NCBI GenBank assembly: GCA_963663405.2
Contig: CAXXSM010000110.1
Coordinates: forward strand, 64,001-128,000
Origin: a bacterium
GTDB lineage: Bacteria > Hinthialibacterota > Hinthialibacteria > Hinthialibacterales > Hinthialibacteraceae
Length of the DNA: 64,000 bases
Direction: 5' to 3'
In this document: positions 13,197 through 23,148 of the stretch, piece after piece
How the letters are laid out: each line of letters opens with the position of its first letter
How positions within the stretch are numbered: position 1 is the first letter of the stretch
Position numbers and translations under genes: made by a program
Notes under the pieces: model-generated
The model's database searches: none
What the model saw: only the letters and a program-made list of their open reading frames with translations
Told to the model about the DNA's origin: nothing

Positions 13197-14454
13197 TCAA
13201 TCAACAATTGCTTGGTAAACCAGATTTGTAAATATATGCCACCAAGGCACAGGATTGGGAGATAATCGCTGCGTCATGAACACTCCGATCACGTCTTCTT
13301 TGGGATCGATAAAGAAATACGTGCGAGCGTAACCACTCCAACCATATGTTCCTACGGAAGACAGGTTTTCCATATAGGCTGGATCTTTGACGACGCTGAC
13401 TCCCAGCCCAAAACCAAATGCTCGATCGTTATGCCAGGGGGTTACATTTTTTTCATTGCGAATGAGATCGGTGGACATACGCTTGACGGATTGCGGCGAT
13501 AAAATACGTACGCCTTCCAATTCTCCTCCATTGGCGAGCATCTGCGCAAACCGGGCATAATCCATAGTACTTGAGACCAAGTTATCGCCGCCTCCTTGGC
13601 GGATGTTCAATTTATAATAATCTTCATGATAAAGATTCCGAACAAGTTTTCCATCTTTGACTTCATAAAGACAAGCTACACGATCCCAATTTTCTTCCGG
13701 TGCGGCGTATGCTGTGTCGTTCATCTTCAGCGGTTTGAAAATCCGTTCATGCAAAAAATCTCCGTATTTTTGACCGGAAATCACTTCCACTAAACAGGCG
13801 ATCAAATCCATGGAAGCGTCGCAATATTGCCAATGCGTACCAGGTTGATGAAGCAATGGCAATGAAGCGCTGAATTCAGCGAGTTCTTCGATAGTATGGT
13901 TCGGATTATAAACGTCTTTGTTTCTTACTTTCTTGAATAACGTTGGGCTAATGTCTTTGGAAATTTCATAAGCAAGTCCTGAAGTGTGCGTGGCCAATTG
14001 CTGGATCGTGATTTCTGATTCGGCGGGAACAGTAACGATTTCACCGCCTTTTTCTTCTATAAGGACTCTTCGGTTTTTGAACTGGGGAAGATACTTGGAT
14101 ATCGGATCGCTGAGAAGAAATTCACCTTCTTCCACGAGAATCATCATTGCGGTACACGTAACCGGCTTAGTCATTGAATACAAGCGGAATAAAGCATCCT
14201 TTTCCATCGAGGCTTGATTTTCCAGATCGCGATAACCGTAGGTTTTGAATTGTACAATGTGTCCATGCCGGGCGATGAGTGTAACAAAACCAGCGAGCTC
14301 GCCATTGTCGATAAAGCCTTGCATAACTGAATCTAGACGTTCTAACCGCTCCGATGAAATTCCCACTTGCTCGGGTTTACCAAATATCAAATGTATCGGC
14401 AAAAGCGTTGGACAGGCACAAGACAAATAAAAACATCCCTAATCGTTTTTTCAT
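13197..14454 (-). CDS. Serine hydrolase, class C beta-lactamase/esterase family, with an apparent 1-nt frameshift after the signal peptide
   Basis: SMTK (SxxK), LLHQPGTHWQY and YGWSG motifs. The likely start is ATG 14454 (RBS GAGGGG; MKKRLGMFLFVLCLSNAFA-DT), which is out of frame by one extra T near 14390. Confidence 0.85.
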
Positions 14455-14629
14455 GATTTCCCCTCGTATTTGGTATAGGTTAAAGGTACTTATTTTAAGA
14501 ATAGCATCGTGTAACAACGAACTACAGCGTTGTTGCTTTCACTTTGGCATCATTCCAAGACGGGGTAGAGATATTGAATAGAGTAAGCATTTGATGAATT
14601 TTTGTTTTTTAGCCTCATTTACTATATCC

Positions 14630-15168
14630 CTATACCAGCAAATGACGGTTGGATTTTAGTTCGAGGCAAAGGCGGCGCAGTGGTTGCTCAATAGTTCTGG
14701 GAAATTGGGCTGAGCGATGATCTTTTTGATTTGGGGGGAAATAACGACAGAACTTTTTCTGGATTGCTTGAATTGATCCAAATCAATCGGCAATCGATAT
14801 GAGCGAAACGTTCTTCAAGACTTTCGCATCCATTCCTAATGATTTTCTAATAGTCGGTGTGTTCCAGATTACATACCAATGGTGTAAAGGGGAGCTTGTA
14901 TGTAAGTGTTTTGTCACTACAAGGAATTCTTGCTTTACTTTCGTTTCGTCTCCGTTAATCTCGAAAAAGTAGGATTTAAATGGCGGTTGGATAATATCGA
15001 GTAGCGTTGAGTATAGAAGTCAATGATTAACGTGTAGCAGTCAAACACGCCGTTTTTGGAGATCGAAAAAGAGTGATTTGTTAGATGAACTTTATATTTC
15101 GAAGACATTGCTTTCTCAAATAAAGTAATATCAAGAGCTTAGGGCATAAGGTAAGCGGATGCAAAATC
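14630..15168. repeat. Dispersed ~540-bp non-coding repeat, copy B
   Basis: Direct-orientation homologue of 8833-9375 with scattered substitutions and small indels. Confidence 0.9.
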
Positions 15169-15289
15169 CTCGTTCCTGTTGTGTGGATGTCTGATACTCA
15201 CCAGAATTAGACATTCAATTCAATTAAGGGATAATAATCGATTTATTGTCAAATAGTTTACGGCGGTCCGATTCGCGGTTGACATGTAC

Positions 15290-15443
15290 AGGCTGGCTCA
15301 TTGGTTGTCGAAACTGGCAATATCGGTTTTTTAATGGATTCATTGATGATGTGAGAATCTATGATCGAGCACTTTCACCGACTGAGATTCATGGACGGTA
15401 TATCGAATTTACAGTCGTAGGGATAAGCGATTATTACTTATAA
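15290..15443 (+). pseudogene. C-terminal fragment of a LamG/concanavalin-like domain protein
   Basis: FFNGFIDDVRIYDRALSPTEI is the classic LamG C-terminal signature. No N-terminal part is present. Confidence 0.7.
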
Positions 15444-15563
15444 TGAAAACATTTGGCGCCTCCACTCAGAGAATGAATTATTTACGAACTATCAACCGCC
15501 TGGCTTGTCTCTAGATCGATGAACTTCCAGAAAAAGGGAAAAATTCTCCCTCGATGCTTAGTC

Positions 15564-16541
15564 TTAATCGTACAACGGCCAAATACTCACATAAGATGTC
15601 TTTGGATACTGATTCAACATTGTCAAGTAATCCTTGCTAGACCATCTCTCTACAATAACTCCATCAGCCAAGCGCCAGAAGTCATGACCGGATAAGTAAA
15701 ATATCTGATTTCCAAATTCAGGTTCTTTCCATGTATATCGCCAACGCGAAATAACAGTATCCCCCTCACATAATATATCTTCTATCACTTCCGCACCGTC
15801 CTGTTTATCATCGGTTTGTTGATACCACTCTTTAAATGAAGCCAGTTCGCCTGTAATTGTTGGATTGAGGGGATCGTGATTAACAAACAGCGGTGAATAG
15901 ATCTCATCGATAAAATCAATATTTTTATTGTTTGTAACTTCTAGAGTATTTTGCGTTACGATATCTTTTGCAGTTTCCGAATCGACGAGAGCTCCCAAAA
16001 CGGATGAGTCGTTCGACCACAAAAAATCATCCCCGGTTCGCTCTGTAAACGACATTCCCTGAATGGATTCCATTGCTCCAATTTGCAGCATAACGGCTAA
16101 TGCGTCATATTCCATCCACTCTTCCACTACTTTTCCATCGTTGATGCGATCAATACACGATCCGGTAAAAACAATTTCTTTGCCAGTTGGTGGGATTCCT
16201 ATATAATCGCCTAGATGCGTTCCCCGATAGGTCAAACGAAGCGCGACCTTGTCCTCTTTAGCATAGTCGGCTTCGATCGTAACTTCTAAATCAGGAAACG
16301 CTGTTATTAATCCTTCAATAATTTTCTTGTAAGATTCCATACCCACTCCATCCACACTGCCGAATGTGTGATGCACAACGTCTTCCGCGAGATATTCTTC
16401 CAATGCATCAAGTTGCTTTTGATTGATCGCCCGATCGACCAAATCGGCGATTAATGTTTTATTGTTTTCGCTGTCGTTCGGAGTAGTTACTATAATATCG
16501 CTGAATTTGGCAGTGGATAATAGACTGGTATTCTGAGAAGA
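15564..16541 (-). pseudogene. 5'-truncated protein with two SnoaL/ester-cyclase (NTF2-like) domains
   Basis: AFPDLEVTIE...DKVALRLTYRGTHLGDYIGIPPTGK...GKVVEEW plus a second copy (GDTVISRW...DGVIVERW). The predicted N-terminus VNKKRVSRLM is IS3 sequence. Confidence 0.8.
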
Positions 16542-16708
16542 CATTAAACGGCTGACGCGCTTTTTGTTCACGGCGTAGCCTTAAAAGCCAAAGCCACTTG
16601 GTCATACGGCGTACACCATAGAACGATACAGGGTGTATTGTTCATTGATCACCGATTTTCGCGTAGGTTTTAACCGTCATAGAAGTATAAGAATTACAAG
16701 GTTTCAGC

Positions 16709-18424
16709 TTATAGGAAACGAAGGTTGAGTTTCAGGGATTTTAGGCCTGGAAGTGTCTGGGGAAGTTGTTCCCACGGGACCTGCCTCAAGATAGGATTAT
16801 GAGCGCGGCGTGGATAGGTTACGGTCAGTTCATTCTCACGGATGGCCACCGTTCCTTTTCCCTGAATAAAATGGCGGTAGAGTTTGGGCGCGTCACAGCG
16901 TTCAAATCCGCGTAAATGGTTGGCTAACATTCCATACAACGTGTCGGCGATCATCGTCATCACGACATCGAAATGAACCTTGATCAGAATCGGAGACGAG
17001 AGCGCGTTGAGATGAAAGAATTTCACTGCCTCGGCCAGTCCGTTCTCCACCCGCCACCGCCGGGAATAATTGCCAACGATCAGTTCAGCGGACGAGTCGA
17101 AATCGTTGGTGATGAGAAAAGCCGGTTGTTCGCGGCCATTCCCCCGAACAATCAACTGGCGCAGGTCGCCTTGATAATGCCGCAACTGGATGGTGGATTC
17201 GTGGATATAAGGATTGGGATATTTCCGCTTGGCATGAGGAATATGGATTTTCCTCCAAGGCGTCAGTGAATCCACCGCATCCAGTAGTTTCTTCCCCCGC
17301 CGCCGCAATGTAATAAATTTAATTCCCTGTTCGTCAAATTCGGAAAGACGCTCGTAACCGGTCAATTTGGAATCGAATACCAACGTCGGTTTCACTTGCC
17401 GCTGGATTCGCTTCCAGTATGCCAAGAACTGAAGAACCTGATCGTCCGCCTCACTCCGTTGGATGTCCGCCGCCGTGTATAGCATGAGTTTCGATTCCGC
17501 GTCCTGCGCCACAAGGGTCAGGGCTCCTTTCATCACTTTGCCATGGGCCCCCGCCCAATGCTCCTCCAATACGGCGTCTTCTCCATAATGGGGGATGGTA
17601 TGGAAATCAAGGTTGATAATTCGGTTGTCGTATAGCCCAAGCGAGGAGGTCTGTTTTAAAAACGCCTGTTGCAGACGCATGACATGGACTTCATCCAGCG
17701 AATACGAGTAGGTCGATAAGGCCGTGCACTTGGGCAGCGCATTCAGCCCGGCGAACAGTCCCAGCAGGGGATCGAACGCATGATCGCCCACATGGGCGTA
17801 CCGCTCCGTGCCCAGAAGTTTCAGCGAGAGAAAGGAGAGAAAATAACTGAGGGCCGGAATCACTTTCGTTCCGGGCAAGCCGGCGGCGCGAATCAGTTGC
17901 GGCAGGTTCAGTTGAGCGAGAAACGGAGCGAATAAATAAATCCCCGCCGCCGTGGAATCTACGTGAAGCCCATCCACTTGAGCGGCGCGGACCGGTTCGC
18001 TTCGTTCCGGCACGACAGTTCCTTTGACGGTTCGGCCAATTTTCAGGCGCGTGCGCCGGGGCAACTTGGAAAATCCTTCTTCGGCCAGCACGCGTTCGAC
18101 CGTCCGCACGGAGATCTCAATCCCGTCTTCGGACAAGAGTTCGGTGATCTCTCCCGCCGACAATCGTTTTTCCCGCCAAGCGCGGATGGTTTTTCGCACT
18201 TTGGCTGTGACGCGGCGGCGAGCGGCGCGGCCTTCGGGAACCGGTTCGGCGAAATCGATTTTCCCCTGTTTGAAGAGGTGGCGGAGAAGGTGAACGTAGC
18301 CAGGCGTATACCCGAAGCGCTCCGCGACGGTTTTCGCGGGCAAGCGGTCCACAATGGAGGCGCGCAAGGCTTCGTAGCGCCGCTGCCAGTCATGAGTTGG
18401 ATGGAGGAAAAAGTTAGGGTCCAT
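16709..18424 (-). CDS. DDE transposase with N-terminal HTH domains
   Basis: Motifs NLDFHTIP, LVFDSKL and YSRRWRVENGL (Y-x2-R-W-x2-E, IS4-like). HTH segments AERFGYT and ISVRTVERVL. Likely start ATG 18424. Confidence 0.88.
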   Translation of the reverse strand: MDPNFFLHPTHDWQRRYEALRASIVDRLPAKTVAERFGYTPGYVHLLRHLFKQGKIDFAEPVPEGRAARRRVTAKVRKTIRAWREKRLSAGEITELLSEDGIEISVRTVERVLAEEGFSKLPRRTRLKIGRTVKGTVVPERSEPVRAAQVDGLHVDSTAAGIYLFAPFLAQLNLPQLIRAAGLPGTKVIPALSYFLSFLSLKLLGTERYAHVGDHAFDPLLGLFAGLNALPKCTALSTYSYSLDEVHVMRLQQAFLKQTSSLGLYDNRIINLDFHTIPHYGEDAVLEEHWAGAHGKVMKGALTLVAQDAESKLMLYTAADIQRSEADDQVLQFLAYWKRIQRQVKPTLVFDSKLTGYERLSEFDEQGIKFITLRRRGKKLLDAVDSLTPWRKIHIPHAKRKYPNPYIHESTIQLRHYQGDLRQLIVRGNGREQPAFLITNDFDSSAELIVGNYSRRWRVENGLAEAVKFFHLNALSSPILIKVHFDVVMTMIADTLYGMLANHLRGFERCDAPKLYRHFIQGKGTVAIRENELTVTYPRRAHNPILRQVPWEQLPQTLPGLKSLKLNLRFL

Positions 18425-18434
18425 GATATTATCT

Positions 18435-18462
18435 ATTATATAATATGACGGAATAAAGTCAA
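18435..18462 (-). promoter_or_regulatory. Sigma70-type promoter of the transposase
   Basis: TTGACT-16 nt-TATAAT on the minus strand, 10 nt before ATG 18424, implying a very short leader. Confidence 0.6.
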
Positions 18463-19575
18463 TACAAAAAATGTTAAAACATTGTAAAAATAACGAGGCT
18501 ACGGCAAGCGCAAGCATTGAAATCGTGATTATAGTCTTTATTTATAGGGTTTTTAGGAAATTCAAAGGGAGATGAGCATGAAGCAGAGCGCAACTAGAAA
18601 ATGTTTTAACTTGTGTAGATGTATTTTATATACGTCATAGGGTATAAGAGTCTGTTGCCTTTAGGTTTTACCAATCATGATGAAAAAGCCTTTAAAAAGG
18701 GACTTGTTCCCTGAATCCATAAGTTTTTTTTGGGATGAAACTCGTTCGGGGGGAGTGTCGCGCGAAAATCGGTGTTGATCATATTCATCAAACTCACGTT
18801 GCAACGGGTCTCGCCTTTGGATTGATAGTAATAGCCTGACCGGGGGAGCCCCACGAGTTCGCATTGACGTGAAATGGAAATGTGGGGATGGTCAGGATCG
18901 ATCCACGAGCGTTTAATCTCAACCGAAAGGAGCAGATTTTTTTTAAGCCAGTCGAGTTTCACTTTCAACTCCCCGATCTGTTTGTACAACTCATCGATGA
19001 GCGTTTCCTGATCCCGGTCCGCTTTCTTGCGCTTAAGTGAAAAGAGATGAGGTAACTCATCAATGACTTTCTTTTTCCATTGCCGTATCTGGTTCGGATG
19101 CGCTTCGTGCAGACTGGGGAGTTTGGACAGGGTTTTCTGTCTCTTGATCTCGCTCAAAGCCACTTTCGCTTTGAACGCGCCGCTGAATTAGTTGCGTTTT
19201 TTCTTTATGGTTAATCCTCCAAGCCAAGTTGTCGACTCGGCGGATTTCCACCTTAAACCACTGTCAAAATTTTGAGGGGCACTTCACTAGTAGTTCTTCC
19301 GTAATCGCTTATCCATGCCTGGTCGACAACCTTTCGATCCGGAGCAAAAAGCAGTGCAAACAAATCCGTCATGTTTCCGCGTATGTTGAGATTTGCTTTT
19401 GCACCTCAATCCACAGTTCTCCGGGTGGCGCGTAGAAATAGATTCCTCCACATCCACTGAGTCTTATAGCATTACGTCCTCTTCCGCCGAATGCCCAGTC
19501 GAATGCGGCGCTACAATTGATTAAAAGCAAACCGAACGCTGCTATCCGGATATACTTTTTCCCCTGAATGAAATT

Positions 19576-20682
19576 TCAATGATTCCCAACATAATCTGAT
19601 TTCTTCTCGCTGCTTTCATTCCTTAGTCTGTCAGGATCCGGGCGATGTTTCGGCGCCGTTGCAATACATTGATTCAAATAGCCGGCGAATAAAAAACTTA
19701 TGTTATCTTTCTGCTTAATGTAGTGGCGCCGCATATTGTTTTCGCCAGCTACCCAGAGAGAACCTTTTTCCACATCAAACTTAAGATGCCCTGGCCCGAT
19801 ATCACGGAGATATTCGCCTGTGCCTTCGACCGAGAAATAGACCGCAGCAAGATCCCAACTGGGACGCTGATTGTCAAGTGTGCGTTGGCTGTAATTCCAG
19901 AGCCAGTCACGATAGGCGTCGCGTACGATGTTACCAGGCTGCGTTTGTTTCAGCGCGCGTCCAGTCATGACATCACTGCCAGCGTCTATGAAATACGCAG
20001 GCACGGGAAAGCGCTTGATCAATTCGCTGGTGTAGGGCGCAGTTCCATTGTGGAAGAAATTCCAGTCTTTGGCGAACTGGTTTTGAGGATTCATGGCGCT
20101 TAACGCGCCGAGCGCCACCCAACGGGATATCTTTTTCCGGATCAATTCTTCGCCAGAAAGCGAAGATATTTCGTCCGGTGATGAAACCAGCAAATCATGA
20201 AGACCTTTGGTGTGCCCAACCGTGATGTATGTGATGCTTTGGTCAGGTTGTACGGCCAGCAGACGGCGATTCAGCAAGGTCATTTCGGGCGCGTCGTGGT
20301 TGTGAACGATGCTATGTCCATAGGCCGTCCGATCGCGGGCGAGCTTTTCCGCCTGCATTTTGTCGACTGGGTCTCCTACGATGTCATCATGGCTGGCGCC
20401 GACGGGAATGCCGGGACGTCCATAATAGACATTGATCGCTTCGACCACCGCGGCTCCGTAAGGAACCTTACCCGAACTGTAGACGCAGCCGATGATTTCA
20501 GCCATTCCTCTATCAGCATAATTATGAAGCAATGCCAGCGCCCCGGCGTCGTCACAGTCCGAGCCCATGTCGGTGTCGAATATCACCTTGATGGGAGCGG
20601 CATGGCTTGAGGCGTCCGCGCAAGGCGTTGTCAAACTAAAAAGCGAAACGAATAGATACAAAAGAAGGGCGTAACTGGTCAT
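19576..20682 (-). CDS. Secreted inosine-uridine-preferring nucleoside hydrolase family protein
   Basis: KVIFDTDMGSDCDDAGALA (DxDxxxDD) and RPSWD motifs. Signal peptide from ATG 20682. Confidence 0.88.
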   Translation of the reverse strand: MTSYALLLYLFVSLFSLTTPCADASSHAAPIKVIFDTDMGSDCDDAGALALLHNYADRGMAEIIGCVYSSGKVPYGAAVVEAINVYYGRPGIPVGASHDDIVGDPVDKMQAEKLARDRTAYGHSIVHNHDAPEMTLLNRRLLAVQPDQSITYITVGHTKGLHDLLVSSPDEISSLSGEELIRKKISRWVALGALSAMNPQNQFAKDWNFFHNGTAPYTSELIKRFPVPAYFIDAGSDVMTGRALKQTQPGNIVRDAYRDWLWNYSQRTLDNQRPSWDLAAVYFSVEGTGEYLRDIGPGHLKFDVEKGSLWVAGENNMRRHYIKQKDNISFLFAGYLNQCIATAPKHRPDPDRLRNESSEKKSDYVGNH

Positions 20683-21338
20683 AGTACTCTCTTTCAGCAT
20701 AAGTTGAGATTGAGTGAAAAACACGCAAACAAAATCGGTCCGCAAAGATCTAGTATTTCAATGTAGAAAACCAAATTCCGCGTAACCGATTCGATTCCAA
20801 GATAATAATGAACCTAAAGAACATATTACGCTAATGCATTATTGTTTTCCCCATAGTGACTTTCTTTAATATAACTTATATATCGTTTCAGACAATATCC
20901 TTCAGTGTTGGTTGTGTGAGTTGAATGATCCGGATTCCAAACTGAAGAAACTCGGTCGTCCAAGAATCCCTGCAACGATTCGTTATATGAGCGCTTAAAC
21001 CTTCCAAACCCTTGCCCACGAATACGGAAAATCTGAAGGTAGCAAACCATCCGCGGAACTCAAAACCACTGACTTGGCCTCTGTCGTATGCGAATAATTG
21101 GAAAACAATTCGAACAAACGACTGCTTTCTCCTGGATTCAGCGGTCTATTTAAATGGAATACACAGATGAGGAATATTAGATTTTGCATCGTGACCAATT
21201 TCAGTATATTCTCATTTTTCTTCTTCCATGATTGTTTCATGGAATTATATTTTGTTGTCCATGAAATTTCTTCTTAGGTCTTTGATGACAACGATTCTTC
21301 TAAATCTTCTTCCAATGATGTTATTGGACGATTCAAAT

Positions 21339-22948
21339 TCATCCATTCGTTTGCCCCATAAAATTTCGCAGTTCATTGGCAAAACCAAGGCCGGCTTCTG
21401 AGTAGATATTGAAAGTATGCTCCACACCAATTGCTTTCAGGGCATCTTCCTCATCTTGAAATTTACTCGTTGCGGCGATTTTTCCACGATATCCCATCTC
21501 TTTGAGTCGTAATGCTGAAAAAACATTGGCTTTGTGAACTGGTAAGGTCAGTAGAACCCATTCAAGGTCATCGATCAATTCGGGAGCGCGGATCCAGAAA
21601 TCTGGGTTGGTTGCATCTCCACAGACTACATTCCTGTCTGCGGCACTATGTCGCTCAGCCTTCACATGATCGATTTCCACTCCAACCAAGCTCCCCGGAT
21701 AATATGTTTCCATCGCATCATAGACTGCTGTGCCCATCCGTCCCATACCAAAAACCACCAACTTGATATGTTCAAGGTCCAAATTCTGTTCGCCGGATAA
21801 GCGTTTTGAACGCTCAAACCGCTTTAGTCTGGATCGCCATGTCTGATACAGCTCGTCCCGAATATTTACTGAGGCGCTGAAAGTATAAAGGAGATTGACA
21901 TCACGACAGCAAACACAGACAACCATTCATTTGTTAACCAGCCCGCAGAGACGGCTAGTGCACCAACGATCAGGCCGAATTCACTGTAATTCGCCAAGTT
22001 AAAAGATGTTCGCCATGATGTGTTAGACCTCAGATGGAAAAGGTTGAATAGACCAAAATACATAGCCACCTTGACAGGCAGAAACAGGATGAACAACAGT
22101 GCGATCAGTATTTCCATTATGCCCGGTACAGAGGCCATACCAACACTGAGAAAGAAGCCGACCAGGAATAGTTCTTTGAAACCAAGCAGGGCTTTTGCTA
22201 GTTCGTTTGCCTTGGGATGGTATGCGAGCAGCATACCAAATACGAGGGCTCCAACATCCTCCTTGATTCCGACCAATTCAAAGACATCAGCGCCGATTAA
22301 GGCAAGCACGATACCAAACAGAATCAGCAGTTCACCATGTCCTACCTTGTCAAAAATCCAATTCAAGAGATACCGAAGTGGTATTAATGCGACCAATCCT
22401 AAAACGAACAGATTCGGTAGTTTGCCTAGTGAGACAGCAATAAATACCACTGCTGCAATATCCTGAACGACCAATACACCGATTGCCGTCTTGCCGTCCC
22501 TTGCACTGGTGGTTCCCAGTTCATCGAGTATCTTCACCGCGAATACAGTGCTTGAGAACGTCATGGCGAAACCAATAAGCAGAGCAGTCTCGAATTCAAG
22601 ACCTGACAGCAAAGGCAGACTGGTAGTCGATAACAAGAGCACCATTGCGGCAATCAGAAGAGTGACTATTACAATATGCAAGGTTGCCACTCCCCACACC
22701 TCGGGCTTCACCAATGAATTCAACTTGAGTTTGAGTCCGATGGAAAAAAGCAAAAGGGTGATACCCAGGTCAGCCATCGCATTAAGAAACTCGCCACCCT
22801 GCACACCCAGTCCGTTAAGCATGAAACCAGCCATCAGGAAACCGACCATCGGTGGTAGACCCACTATCCTGAAAACTAGGCCACAGAGGAAGGCGATGGC
22901 TATCCATAGAGGATCACTGTATTGGATTGAGATTAGTTGTGGATCCAT
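21339..22948 (-). pseudogene. Cation:proton antiporter (CPA2/Kef-type) with TrkA-N domain, split by a frameshift near 21868
   Basis: Membrane part LPPMVGF, FSSTV, QDIAAV and SEFGLIV (21866-22948). TrkA-N part VVFGMGRMG...GDATNPDFW is in an overlapping frame. Confidence 0.88.
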
Positions 22949-22983
22949 AGGCCTTCATCGAGATAATCAGTATGCTTTTACAT

Positions 22984-23041
22984 GGCTAATGCGGCGTTGA
23001 GCGGCGCCCGAAGGGGATCCGTTCGAGCGCTTTAGTTCTCC
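22984..23041 (-). other. Degenerate integron attC-like site
   Basis: Minus strand: GGAGAAC-TAAAGC-GCTCGAAC-GGATCCCCTTCGGGCGCC-GCTCAAC-GCCGC-ATTAGCC. It has 8/7-nt L boxes with an extra base and a CTTCG-loop core; R' reads ATTAGCC instead of GTTRRRY. Confidence 0.5.
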
Positions 23042-23148
23042 CGAAACGTAACGAGGGAGCAAAGACACGAACCACGCAGCGCCTTGTTGGGCATTTGTTC
23101 CTATACCTTTTTCGGCTTTCTTGCATCTTACTCCGAGCAACAGTTGCC

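Larger units (their letters stand above)
16650..18774 (-). mobile_element. Intact 2,125-bp DDE insertion sequence (IS4-superfamily-like; family not assigned)
   Basis: Perfect 14-bp TIRs CACCGATTTTCGCG (16650-16663) and CGCGAAAATCGGTG (18761-18774), flanked by the 5-bp direct repeat TTGAT (16645-16649 and 18775-18779). Confidence 0.93.
16542..19286 (-). mobile_element. IS3-family remnant, interrupted by the 16650-18774 IS and 3'-truncated
   Basis: Left end TGAAGTGCCCCTCAAAATTTTGACAG at 19286. Decayed orfA (FKAKVAL...HPNQIRQWKK...LYKQIGELKVKLDWLKK). orfB (ISRQCELVGLPRSGYYY...LMNMIN) continues beyond the nested IS, with indels, as EQYT..FYGVRRMTKWL..GYAVNKKRVSRLM at 16542-16649. Confidence 0.88.

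Noticed and set aside
14471-14637. 9-bp inverted pair TGGTATAGG / CCTATACCA as MITE ends
   Set aside because: Too short, no target duplication, and no counterpart at repeat copy A.
16579-18665. Alternative imperfect inverted repeats (CCTTAAAAGCC.. / ..GCCTTTAGG) as ends of the large IS
   Set aside because: The perfect 14-bp TIRs with a TTGAT duplication at 16650/18774 explain the element, and the 16579 region is IS3 orfB coding sequence.
20826-21430. Short ORFs between the nucleoside hydrolase and the antiporter
   Set aside because: No recognisable motifs and multiple stops; they may be decayed sequence but cannot be supported.
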